Assembly (NCBI GenBank): GCA_965247415.1
Contig: OZ252007.1
Coordinates: forward strand, 2,416,416-2,480,415
Direction of reading: 5' to 3'
From: Methylophilaceae bacterium
GTDB lineage: Bacteria > Pseudomonadota > Gammaproteobacteria > Burkholderiales > Methylophilaceae
Length of the DNA stretch: 64,000 bases
Notes under the pieces: model-generated
What the model was told of the DNA's origin: nothing
Databases searched by the model: none
The model's input: the letters and a program-made list of their open reading frames with translations, nothing else
Translations under genes and position numbers: made by a program
In this document: positions 20,760 to 29,766 of the stretch, one piece after another
How the letters are laid out: each line of letters opens with the position of its first letter
Position numbering within the stretch: the first letter of the stretch is position 1

Positions 20760-21674
20760 ATGTCAAAAATCGCCATCGTTCAACACCCCCCCACTTTTTT
20801 AGATCGCGCTAGCGCATTACAAAGAACGGTTTCCGCGATTAACGAAGCAGCAATCAACGGTGCAAAACTTATTGTATTTCCCGAAGCTTTTATTTCAGGT
20901 TATCCCGCTTGGGTGTGGCGTTTAAGGCCAGGCACAGATCGTGAAGCTCTGACCAAACTTCATGCCATGGCGTTAAGCCAAGCTATCAGTTTGCAAAACG
21001 ATGATTTGCTCCCAGTGCGTGAAGCCGCCAAAGCCCATCAAGTCACCGTTGTGTGTGGAATGAATGAGCGAGATAACGAACGCAGCCAAACAACGCTATA
21101 CAACACGGTGGTAACAATTGGGCCAGATGGAGAAGTGTTAAATAGACACAGAAAGCTCATGCCCACAAATGCTGAGCGAACATTTTGGGGGCTTGGAGAT
21201 GCCAGTGGACTAAAGGTGGTAGAAACACCATGCGGAAGAATTGGTAGCCTGATTTGTTGGGAAAACTACATGCCACTCTCAAGAACCGCTTTGTATGAAC
21301 AAGGGATTGAGATTTACATTGCCCCCACTTACGACAGTGGAGAAAACTGGATATGTAGCTTAAGGCATATTGCCCGCGAAGCTGGATGTTGGGTACTTGG
21401 TGCTGGAAATATTTTTCAGGCAAGCGACATTCCAGATACGCTAACAGCAAAACACATCATGTACCCAAACCCAAAAGAATGGGTCAACCCTGGCGATTCT
21501 GTAGTGATTGCGCCTGATGGAACTATTGTGGCTGGCCCCTTGCATCAAGAACAAGGAATTTTGTATGCCGACATTGAGCTACAATCTGTAGTGACTGCTA
21601 GAAGAAGTCATGACGTTGTTGGACATTCGGCACGCAACGATATTTTCCAGCTAAAAATCACATCAACAGAATAA
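20760..21674 (+). CDS. nitrilase / carbon-nitrogen hydrolase family protein
   Basis: Catalytic-triad contexts are present (FPEAF, ..HRKL.P.., GSLICWENYMP). ATG 20760 is preceded by a GGAGA SD-like sequence. Confidence 0.85.
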   Translation: MSKIAIVQHPPTFLDRASALQRTVSAINEAAINGAKLIVFPEAFISGYPAWVWRLRPGTDREALTKLHAMALSQAISLQNDDLLPVREAAKAHQVTVVCGMNERDNERSQTTLYNTVVTIGPDGEVLNRHRKLMPTNAERTFWGLGDASGLKVVETPCGRIGSLICWENYMPLSRTALYEQGIEIYIAPTYDSGENWICSLRHIAREAGCWVLGAGNIFQASDIPDTLTAKHIMYPNPKEWVNPGDSVVIAPDGTIVAGPLHQEQGILYADIELQSVVTARRSHDVVGHSARNDIFQLKITSTE

Positions 21675-21730
21675 TAGTTTATAAAATTAAATGACCGCTT
21701 TGTCCCTAAGATTTTACATTATAAAAACTC

Positions 21731-21784
21731 TTTGCGAATGACTGCTTATCCCCCCCCTGAAAAGCCTATCCGTATTAAATCCCC
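21731..21784 (+). repeat. ~54-bp repeat, copy A (TTTGCGAATGACTGCTTATCCCCCCCCTGAAAAGCC...ATCCCC)
   Basis: Aligns with 32233-32284 in the same orientation. It shares TTTGCGAATG-CTGCTT-TCCCCCC-CTGAAAAGCC----CGTA-TA-ATCCCC. Confidence 0.6.
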
Positions 21785-21858
21785 TACAGCCAGTCAACAA
21801 CTATTCAGCGATTGCCGAAGTTGGTCCATCTGGATTGAATACTTTTGCCGCAATCGAT

Positions 21859-22425
21859 TTACTCAGCTCGCATTGCAATTTTCGGCTTGTGCCAAGCACG
21901 AGACTTCACTACCTTGTCCAGTGGAGTGCCGGCTATTGAATTTGTAAAGTTGCTCATTACCTTGATTGCCAATCCAAGAACAACCTCCAGTGCCTGCTGT
22001 TGCGAGAAGCCTGCGATGAAAAAGGACTCAAGAGCTGCAGGCGATACCTTTCCACGCTCATGAATTAGTGCCTTTGCGAATACATGTAGGGCATGCAGCC
22101 GCGGATCTGGGAGTTGCGCGCCAGCGCGCAAAGCATTTAAATTTGAAGCATCCATACCGGCTTTCTCGGCTAAAAGGCTGTGCCATGGAACGCAGTAGTC
22201 ACATTCGTTCTCGAAGTTAGCCGTGAGGTATACAACTTGTCGCTCGACCGGTGATAGGCTCGTTGTATCAAAGAGATCCCAAGAACTGCTGTAGGCAGCT
22301 AGAAGCGCTGGTGCCGACGCCATAACACGTTCAAGGTTTGGAATCATTCCGAAGTTGCGTCTTGTGGCGGCTAAAGCCTCTTGAGCCACCTCGGGTGCTG
22401 TTGTTTCGTCGTGAAGGGGGAACAT
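21859..22425 (-). CDS. carboxymuconolactone decarboxylase / AhpD-like family protein (second copy)
   Basis: 188 aa with the CxxC motif in context (FENECDYCVPWH). Confidence 0.75.
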   Translation of the reverse strand: MFPLHDETTAPEVAQEALAATRRNFGMIPNLERVMASAPALLAAYSSSWDLFDTTSLSPVERQVVYLTANFENECDYCVPWHSLLAEKAGMDASNLNALRAGAQLPDPRLHALHVFAKALIHERGKVSPAALESFFIAGFSQQQALEVVLGLAIKVMSNFTNSIAGTPLDKVVKSRAWHKPKIAMRAE

Positions 22426-23125
22426 CTTGACTCCTTGGTACTTAGAGGTGGCTAGGCTTGTGATCTAATAACATTATAGAAGCTCATGTTTCTTTAAATT
22501 TACAATTGTGATTGTAACTTGCATGGCTAGTGTTCTTTGTATTTCTCGGTTTTGTTATTTATCGATCTCCTTAATGAAATATTAATATATAGACTCAGGG
22601 AAATATACTTTTGATTAAAAATGTCATGTTTTTCACCAATTTTGCAGAAGAAACTTGAATGCTAGATCTCCTTAGGCGGCCTTTAAAAGTAAAGTCTGTA
22701 TTTCTAAAGTCAGCCAATAAAAGAAAGGCAATATTTAATATTGTGAAGTATTTTGGCAATGATAATTATTCATTTCAAGTTAATTGCCGATTATCTATTA
22801 GTATATAAAAAGATGATCTCTTCAAGTAAGCAAAGCTGCTTAAGCTCACTGAGTGTTAAACTAAAATGCATGAGAATTTTTGAGAAACTGAAGTAAATTG
22901 TGGCACAACACAAAGCTTTGTATTATTTTTAATGGTACCTATCTCAACGTCTACAATAAAAATGCATGCCAAAGTATTCTTCTGGTTGAACATTGGTAAC
23001 GTATTAATGTCTTTATTTTAAATCCCGGTTTTTTTAACAATAACTGGTCAATTTGATGCGGTAATAATTATTCTATTTTTACAGTTTCTCATCCTTAAAT
23101 TAACGTCACAAGTAATTGTTAAAGA

Positions 23126-23782
23126 ATGCGGAGATCATATTTTATGATGGCAATTTGGCAAATGATCATGAACTTTGATGCGCATTTACCTCTATTAGTC
23201 TCCATGCATGAGTATTTCGTGTACTTTCTGTTGTTTGGATTGGTATTTTTGCAAATTGGTGTGCTGCCTTTTTTCTTCTTACCAAGTAATCCGTTTTTGT
23301 TTGTGTGTGGTGCAGTTTGGGCGAGCTCAGGGCTTAATTTACTTTTGCTATTGTTGGTGTTAATGGCAGCAGCAATGCTCGGCAGTTTAAGTGGGTACAG
23401 ATTAGGTCAAAAGGTTGGTCAGGCTTTTTTTGTGGATTATCTGCAATGGCCGAACCAAGTCACATTGGATAAAACCCGCATTTTTTATGATAAACACGGT
23501 GAAAAGGGTTTTATTGTGTCTTTATTTTTACCAGTAGTTCGCACCGTTTCACCGTTTTTGGCGGGTATCACTAAAATGAACCAGCTCAATTTTATGCGCT
23601 CATCCTGCATTGGGGCAGTGATTTGGGTGCTGGCTTGTGTGTTGCCGGGCTATTTTTTTGGCAATATCCCAGTCATTAAAAATCATTTGGGCTTAATCAC
23701 AATGTTGGGCTTGGCGATGGTGATCATCATTTTTTTGCTCAAAAAACTATTGGATACCGTTGCAAAATCCACCAAAGCTTAA
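23126..23782 (+). CDS. DedA-family membrane protein
   Basis: Polytopic membrane protein with DedA/SNARE-associated features (FLQIGVLPFFFLPSNPFLFVCG, ...RTVSPFLAGITKM). The true start is probably downstream, e.g. MNFDAH at 23168. Confidence 0.7.
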   Translation: MRRSYFMMAIWQMIMNFDAHLPLLVSMHEYFVYFLLFGLVFLQIGVLPFFFLPSNPFLFVCGAVWASSGLNLLLLLLVLMAAAMLGSLSGYRLGQKVGQAFFVDYLQWPNQVTLDKTRIFYDKHGEKGFIVSLFLPVVRTVSPFLAGITKMNQLNFMRSSCIGAVIWVLACVLPGYFFGNIPVIKNHLGLITMLGLAMVIIIFLLKKLLDTVAKSTKA

Positions 23783-23906
23783 ATTTACAATAGCTAAGTA
23801 ACAATAGAGTCAGAGTTAAAGTTACTTCGCAAAACATATGAGGCTGTTATGTCACGCATTTCAGCTATTTAGTTGTTATAAAAATTATGTCAATGGTTAA
23901 ACTAAT

Positions 23907-24683
23907 CTATGCTACCTTACTAATTAACCCAGCCTCCAGCCAGCCAGCAATATATTGTGCCGCAGTTGTCATGGCTTGCTCATCATCCATCTCGACTTCT
24001 AGGCTGGCACAGATTTCTCCGAAGGTTGCCCCCATCATTGCCATATTTAAGGTGATGAATTCCATTTCTACAATTTGCCTAAATTGTGAGTTGAAGTTTT
24101 TACGCCAGATGAGCCATGATTGATAAGTGGCTTCTTGCGCAGGTTTTGGTGGTGTTTCTTCAATTTCTAGCGCTTGCCATATTGGTATTGTGTTCCAGTG
24201 CGTGCGTACTATTTTGATGGTAGGTTGAAATTTAAATCTCAGCATAGCCCAGTTTTCTAGTGGAATTTCAGCGAGGTCTTGCAGGCTTAATTCGGGGACA
24301 TCTTCTTCATCAAATGCTAAAGACAATGCCCATTCAAAATCTGCCATCTCGGCGGCGATTGGGTATTGCGATAGTGTAGCAAGTAAATGCTCATGCATTT
24401 GGCTGCCATACCAACGTAAATTGCGGTAGGTTGAAGGATGTGCCGTTATATACTCTCGGGCAGTTTTATTGAATAGCACGTCACCAAGTAAGGCTTTTAG
24501 CTGTGGGTAGGCAGTTGCAAGCGCTTCGACAATGCGTAATCGATAGGCATTATGGTAAATACTAAGGCGTTGTTTTGCGCCTACTTTTTTGTCGTCGATT
24601 ATGGCTTTAACAAAACCTGTACCTTGCGCATCGTCTAACAAATATGCTTGAAAATCAGCTTGAAGTTTAGCTAGATTGTTCAT
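23907..24683 (-). CDS. DUF2063-domain RiPP maturation partner (second locus)
   Basis: The N-terminus LAKLQADFQAYLLDD and RLSIYHNAYRLRIVEALATAYPQLKALLG are DUF2063 hallmarks. Its start forms a 4-nt ATGA overlap with the MNIO gene stop. Confidence 0.8.
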   Translation of the reverse strand: MNNLAKLQADFQAYLLDDAQGTGFVKAIIDDKKVGAKQRLSIYHNAYRLRIVEALATAYPQLKALLGDVLFNKTAREYITAHPSTYRNLRWYGSQMHEHLLATLSQYPIAAEMADFEWALSLAFDEEDVPELSLQDLAEIPLENWAMLRFKFQPTIKIVRTHWNTIPIWQALEIEETPPKPAQEATYQSWLIWRKNFNSQFRQIVEMEFITLNMAMMGATFGEICASLEVEMDDEQAMTTAAQYIAGWLEAGLISKVA

Positions 24684-25516
24684 GCTGCCACCTTTAGCAC
24701 GCTAGATGATAGGTCACGCGCAATTTGCAACTCTTGCACTAAAACATCTAATTCTGGAATATTATCATCACGCTCTATCATGGTGGAAACCTCGCCCAGT
24801 TTTGAGATTGCGTAACTATATAAATCCCACACATGATCTATCACTGGTGCATCGTGCGTATCAATAATGTAGTCGCCATTATTTTGGTGCCCAGCTAAAT
24901 GAATTTGCTGAACGCGATTTTTTGGAACGCCGTTAATAAACGTTTTAGCATCAAATTGGTGGTTGTAACTGCTTACGTAAATATTGTTTACATCTAGCAG
25001 CAAAAGGCAATCTGCTTGCTCGCTAATAAGCGAGATGAACTCCCATTCGCTCATACTCGAATCTACATAGCTTGCGTAGCTAGAGACGTTTTCCAGCAAA
25101 ATTTGGCGACCTAGGTAATCTTGCACAATCTTTACACGCTCGGCTACATGCTTGGCTGTTTCTTCTGTATATGGTAGTGGTAATAAATCATGTAAGTTTT
25201 GGCCGTGCACGCCTGTCCAGCAAAGGTGGTCAGAAATCCATTGAGGTTGAATTCTATCAGCCAGTTTTTTTAAATCTTTTAAATAAGTTGGATCAATTGG
25301 CGCTGTTGAACCAATTGAGAGCGAAACGCCGTGCATCACAACGGGATAATCGGCACGAATTCTGTCTAAAAAATTGAGAGGCAAGCCACCAGGAATCATA
25401 TAGTTTTCTGATAGCGCTTCGAACCAATCAATATTGGGCTTGGAATCTAAAATTTCGTTGTAATGCTCTGATCGTAAACCAAGTCCAAATCCTAATGTTG
25501 GTGGATTGTTACGCAT
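24680..25516 (-). CDS. DUF692 / MNIO enzyme (second locus)
   Basis: 278 aa with LGFGLGLRSEHYNEIL...IDWFEALSENY, VMHGVSLSIGS, IHLAGH and MIERDD. It is paralogous to 16986-17846. Confidence 0.88.
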   Translation of the reverse strand: MRNNPPTLGFGLGLRSEHYNEILDSKPNIDWFEALSENYMIPGGLPLNFLDRIRADYPVVMHGVSLSIGSTAPIDPTYLKDLKKLADRIQPQWISDHLCWTGVHGQNLHDLLPLPYTEETAKHVAERVKIVQDYLGRQILLENVSSYASYVDSSMSEWEFISLISEQADCLLLLDVNNIYVSSYNHQFDAKTFINGVPKNRVQQIHLAGHQNNGDYIIDTHDAPVIDHVWDLYSYAISKLGEVSTMIERDDNIPELDVLVQELQIARDLSSSVLKVAA

Positions 25517-25611
25517 GTTTATCTCAAATAGTAGGGTATTTTACAAACTCAAAATTTGAGCATGGGTTAGTAGCAATTCCCATGCTCAGCTTTAGCACTA
25601 AACCGTCTAAA

Positions 25612-25962
25612 CTAAATCAAGTGACCGCCTTTTGCATCACAATCAGCACCAGTTAATGCTAAGTGCCCATGACCTTTACATTCGTTTTGACCTTTGCAGG
25701 CATTTGCAGCACTTTTGCAAGAACCTTGACCTTTACAAGCATTTGTAGCTGTTTTACAAGAGTTGTGACCTTTACAAGCATTGCCAGCAGTTTTGCAATC
25801 ACTAGTACCCTTACATGAGTTTACTCCTACACATGCACCTACGGTGCTGTTGGCTGCTGTATTGGTGCCTGCACCAGTTGCTGCACAGCCAGCTAAGATA
25901 AGTGCTGCCGCACCAATTGCTAGCAATGCGCCCCGGCGGCCATTATTTGTATTTATAGACAT
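25612..25962 (-). CDS. Cys/Lys-repeat lipoprotein-type precursor peptide (multi-Cys bufferin/HvfA-like class)
   Basis: 116 aa. The leader has an RR motif (NNGRRGALLAIG) and a lipobox (LILAGC). The body contains four tandem 13-14-residue units (VNSCKGTSDCKTAG / NACKGHNSCKTAT / NACKGQGSCKSAA / NACKGQNECKGHGH), giving 10 Cys after the lipobox Cys. It lies directly upstream of MNIO and DUF2063. Confidence 0.75.
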   Translation of the reverse strand: MSINTNNGRRGALLAIGAAALILAGCAATGAGTNTAANSTVGACVGVNSCKGTSDCKTAGNACKGHNSCKTATNACKGQGSCKSAANACKGQNECKGHGHLALTGADCDAKGGHLI

Positions 25963-26226
25963 GATATTTCCTTTCGAGTTTATTAAAAAAATCCACCATT
26001 TCTAATTAAAACTAACATTTAGAAAAGACAGACGATCTAAATACGTGAATTAACACAAAATAGATTCATCATGTGCCACGCATTACTTTGTCGAAATAAT
26101 CTGCAGACCCTTACAATTCGTTTACTTTTATATTGCTTTCTATTCACCGTAATTTAAATTTACAAAATATGTAAGTAAACATTTTCATTTGCGACTAATG
26201 TTGACATTTAATAATCGGAGTTCATT

Positions 26227-26610
26227 ATGAAAGCTTTATTTAAATCAATATTATTAACATCTAATCTTATAGTCGTTGCGACTGCGTTTGCAGAAACTAC
26301 CGCTTTTACTCAATCAGGTTTTAATCAATTACAACAAGAAGGTAAATCTATACTGGTTGAAATTCATGCGCCATGGTGTCCTACTTGTCGCGCGCAAGCA
26401 CCAGTTATTGATATGTTACTCAAGAAAAAAGAGTATCAATCCATTAACGCTTTACGTGTGGATTTTGATAGCCAAAAAGAGGCTTTAAAGGCATTTAATG
26501 TAAGTAGGCAAAGTACATTAATCGTTTATAAAGGGTCGAAAGAGATGGGTCGCAGTACTGGGGATACTTCACCAGCAAATATCGAGAAGTTAATTCAGAA
26601 AGCAATCTAA
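26227..26610 (+). CDS. secreted thioredoxin-family protein (WCPTC)
   Basis: Signal peptide MKALFKSILLTSNLIVVATAFA and active site HAPWCPTCRAQ. Confidence 0.85.
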   Translation: MKALFKSILLTSNLIVVATAFAETTAFTQSGFNQLQQEGKSILVEIHAPWCPTCRAQAPVIDMLLKKKEYQSINALRVDFDSQKEALKAFNVSRQSTLIVYKGSKEMGRSTGDTSPANIEKLIQKAI

Positions 26611-26626
26611 CAAAAATTAAGGATTT

Positions 26627-27361
26627 GTGATCATGATTGCTCATTTTGGTATTTATGGACTTAGTTTCTTAGCTGGAATACTGTCTATACTATCTCCATG
26701 TGTTTTACCTCTTGTCCCCATTATCGTGGGGGCTGCACTTAATACGCATAAATATGGTCCATATACGCTAGCATTTGGATTGGCAATTTCATTCACTGCA
26801 GTTGGGGTCTTTATTGCCACAATTGGCGCATCAATTGGAATAGATCAAGAAGCGTTTAGAACGATTGCAGCCTTACTTTTAATCATCTTCGGTGTGGTAT
26901 TGCTTTCAGGGACTTTGCAGGAAAGATTTGCTAGTGTTACTGCTGGCATTAGTGGATCTGGAAATAACTTATTAAGTAAAGTATCTGCAAACTCATTATT
27001 TGGTCAATTTATTTTGGGATTGTTATTAGGTATTGTATGGAGTCCATGCGTAGGGCCCGTTTTAGGAGCAACCATCACTCTAGCAAGCCAAGGAACTAAC
27101 TTGCTTCACGTGACAATAGTTATGGCAATATTTGGACTTGGTGCAGGCTTACCATTAATCATATTGGGATCGCTTTCAAAACAAATCATGATGAACCTTA
27201 GAGTCAAGTTATTTGCCGCAGGTAAAATTGGCAAACGTATCCTTGGTGTTATTTTATTGCTTGTTGGATTACTAATAATATCTGGATTCGATAAACAATT
27301 TGAAGCTTTAATTGTAAAAGCATCACCAGATTGGTTAATTTCAATTACTACACGATATTGA
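26627..27361 (+). CDS. CcdA/DsbD-family transmembrane thiol-disulfide electron transporter
   Basis: Polytopic protein with the two conserved Cys-Pro motifs (LSPCVLPLVP and WSPCVGPVLG). The start is GTG 26627 or ATG 26633. Confidence 0.85.
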   Translation: MIMIAHFGIYGLSFLAGILSILSPCVLPLVPIIVGAALNTHKYGPYTLAFGLAISFTAVGVFIATIGASIGIDQEAFRTIAALLLIIFGVVLLSGTLQERFASVTAGISGSGNNLLSKVSANSLFGQFILGLLLGIVWSPCVGPVLGATITLASQGTNLLHVTIVMAIFGLGAGLPLIILGSLSKQIMMNLRVKLFAAGKIGKRILGVILLLVGLLIISGFDKQFEALIVKASPDWLISITTRY

Positions 27362-27566
27362 ATGATTTACTTTGATTTAGATGTGGGCATTCGTACCTTA
27401 GTTATCTTAGAAATCCATATTAGTATTTTTTGACATGCCATTATTGGGTAGCCTAACAAGTCAGTTTGAGTTGCATTGAATCATTAAGCAATATAAATAG
27501 TTGATTTGTCTAGTAAGTTTTGAGTATCTACAACGACTAATGCTTATTTAAATAGGATGCGAAGTT

Positions 27567-28358
27567 ATGTTTCTCAAACGAATTAGTAAACCAACAGTTA
27601 TTTGTACTCTCCTATTACCTTTTATTTTATCAACTTTATCAACAACACTTATTGCTGCAGAATGCTCTTCTAAAAGTGGTGCCACCAGAGTTCCATTGCT
27701 TGAGCTATATACTTCGGAGGGCTGTAGTAGTTGTCCTCCCGCTGACAAGTGGCTGAATAGCATGAAGTTAAGTGCTGATAAAGTAGTGCCTTTGGCTTTT
27801 CATGTAGATTATTGGGACTATATTGGATGGAAAGATAGGTTTTCAAAGCCAGAATTCAGTGCACGTCAACATTCGAATGTGGCGTTTAATAAGTCAAGCT
27901 TTGTTTATACTCCGCAATTTAGTTTTAATGGGCAGGATTTTAGAGGTTGGAATGACTCGCGTTTAAATAATTTTGTAGAACAAAGTTTAAAGCAGCCATC
28001 TCGTGCCAACTTGACGCTTGATGAGATTAATCAAGCAAACGGCGAAATTGTAATAAAAGCAACTGCGCAGGTAATTCAATTAGAGGACTCAAAACATTCT
28101 GAAATTTATATTGCAATTTACGAAAATAAATTAGTGAGCAACGTCAAAGCTGGTGAAAATAATGGTCGTGAACTCAAGCATGATTATGTCGTTCGTGATT
28201 TATTGGGAGCTTACCAACTCAACTTAAAAAGCGAATTCTCAAAAAGTATTACTTTAAAGCCTGAATGGAAGGGTCGAAATGCAGGTGCTGTAATATTTGT
28301 ACAAAACTCTCAAAGTGGTGAAATTCTTCAAAGCCTACAGCTACCTTTTTGTATTTAA
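27567..28358 (+). CDS. secreted DUF1223 protein (CxxC)
   Basis: Signal peptide followed by the family hallmark LLELYTSEGCSSCPPADKWL ... AFHVDYWDYIGWKD. Confidence 0.85.
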   Translation: MFLKRISKPTVICTLLLPFILSTLSTTLIAAECSSKSGATRVPLLELYTSEGCSSCPPADKWLNSMKLSADKVVPLAFHVDYWDYIGWKDRFSKPEFSARQHSNVAFNKSSFVYTPQFSFNGQDFRGWNDSRLNNFVEQSLKQPSRANLTLDEINQANGEIVIKATAQVIQLEDSKHSEIYIAIYENKLVSNVKAGENNGRELKHDYVVRDLLGAYQLNLKSEFSKSITLKPEWKGRNAGAVIFVQNSQSGEILQSLQLPFCI

Positions 28359-28445
28359 TTTAAAAAATTTAGATATAAACAATGCGTTAAAGTAACTTCT
28401 TATCTTTTAAACCATGATTCGAGCCATGGTTGAGGTCAAATATAT

Positions 28446-28470
28446 TAAAAAAGCCCATGTGGGCTTTTTT
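28446..28470 (+). terminator. rho-independent terminator
   Basis: AAAAAAGCCC-ATGT-GGGCTTTTTT lies downstream of the DUF1223 gene, 8 nt before the IS left end. Confidence 0.7.
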
Positions 28471-28531
28471 GATTTGTATGACCCGTCCTGAAATAAGTTG
28501 ACACTTTTTGAATTGAATCAAGGAGAGTCAA

Positions 28532-28933
28532 ATGAGCATTGGGATTAAGAGAACACAACGAGATTACACGCTGTCTTTTAAATTGTCGGTTGTTGAACAA
28601 ATTGAGCATGGAGAGCTGACTTATAAAGAAGCCCAGAAACGCTATGGTATACAGGGTAGATCAACGGTATTAATCTGGTTACGCAAGCACGGTCATCTGG
28701 ATTGGTATAATCTTTCATCATCAGATTTACTGAGTACTGAGATGACTAAAAAACCTTCGTTACCACAAACGCCAGAGCAGCGGATTAAAGCTTTAGAGGC
28801 TGAATTAAAAGACGCTAATCTCAAAGCGCAATTGTTCGAAGCCATGCTGGATGTCATCAAGACTGAGTACGGAGTAAAACTCCCAAAAAAGCCTTTAAGT
28901 GCGTCCTTGCCAAAAAAGAAACTCTTCGAATAA
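28532..28933 (+). CDS. IS3-family transposase OrfA (HTH)
   Basis: 133 aa with an N-terminal HTH (YTLSFKLSVVEQIEHGELTYKEAQKRYGIQGRSTVLIWLRKHG) and a leucine-zipper-like C-terminus. A AAA AAG slippery heptamers lie in phase at 28885-28891 and 28912-28918. Confidence 0.9.
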   Translation: MSIGIKRTQRDYTLSFKLSVVEQIEHGELTYKEAQKRYGIQGRSTVLIWLRKHGHLDWYNLSSSDLLSTEMTKKPSLPQTPEQRIKALEAELKDANLKAQLFEAMLDVIKTEYGVKLPKKPLSASLPKKKLFE

Positions 28934-28956
28934 GTACGGCCAAAGCCTGTCGATTT

Positions 28957-29766
28957 GTGGGGATGAGTCGTCAAGCTTATTATCAGCGCTGTGCCACTGA
29001 AGCCAATGTAGCTAACGAGCACCTTCAAGTGCTAACGTTGGTTCGAGAACAACGCATGTTGCAACCTAGGGTTGGTACGCGCAAGCTGCACTACCTGCTT
29101 AAAAACAGCATGACTGAACGTCACATCAAAATGGGACGTGATGGCTTGTTTAATTTACTTCGCAAAGCACGGCTGCTTGTGTTGCCTAGTAGGTCTTATC
29201 ACAAGACAACCAACAGTCATCATCGCTTTTATAAACACCCCAACTTACTGAAGCCAGGGTTGAATCAAGTCATGCCTAGCAGGCCAGAGGAAGTATGGGT
29301 TGCTGATATTACTTATTTGCCAACGCAAACACAAAACACCTATTTGAGTTTAGTGACGGATGCTTACTCCAGAAAGATCGTGGGTTATCACGTAGATGAA
29401 CATATGCAGACCAGTGCAGTGGGTAGGGCGTTGAAGATGGCAGTTAGTGCGAGACGCTCAACCTCCCCCTTGATTCACCACTCGGATAGAGGAATTCAAT
29501 ATTGTTCATCCGAATATCAATCCATTCATCTGCGTAATCAAATAACGTGTTCGATGACCGATGGTTACGACTGTTATCAGAATGCGCTGGCTGAACGTGT
29601 TAATGGTATATTAAAGAATGAGTTTCTACTGACCAAACCCAAGGATTTGGAAGAAGCAAGAAAGATGGTCAAACAATCCATCAAGATTTACAATGAACTC
29701 AGGCCGCATCTAAGCCTAAAATACAAAACGCCTAATGCAGTGCATCAGGCGTTTGAATCAACCTAA
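28957..29766 (+). CDS. IS3-family transposase OrfB (DDE/rve integrase core), expressed as an OrfAB fusion by -1 frameshift
   Basis: DDE core contexts are present (WVADITYL, HSDRGIQYCS, NALAERVNGILKNE). The -1 frame is open from at least 28885 and reads KKETLRISTAKACRFVGMSRQAYY after the second heptamer. Confidence 0.9.
   Translation: MGMSRQAYYQRCATEANVANEHLQVLTLVREQRMLQPRVGTRKLHYLLKNSMTERHIKMGRDGLFNLLRKARLLVLPSRSYHKTTNSHHRFYKHPNLLKPGLNQVMPSRPEEVWVADITYLPTQTQNTYLSLVTDAYSRKIVGYHVDEHMQTSAVGRALKMAVSARRSTSPLIHHSDRGIQYCSSEYQSIHLRNQITCSMTDGYDCYQNALAERVNGILKNEFLLTKPKDLEEARKMVKQSIKIYNELRPHLSLKYKTPNAVHQAFEST

Noticed and set aside
21732-22063. Plus-strand ORFs 21732-21947 and 21845-22063
   Set aside because: The first is a translation of the ~54-bp repeat element and junction DNA. 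The second is antisense to the AhpD-like gene.
22893-22915. TGGCAC...GC sequence resembling a sigma-54 -24/-12 promoter in the 700-bp AT-rich gap before the DedA gene
   Set aside because: The spacing is off by one and the -12 element reads AAAGC rather than TTGC(A/T), which is not convincing.
25640-25800. Periodic ~39-nt DNA repeats that could be mistaken for a small CRISPR-like or satellite array
   Set aside because: The periodicity is the coding repeat of the Cys-Lys precursor peptide. It is in frame, the repeats are imperfect, and there are no unique spacers.
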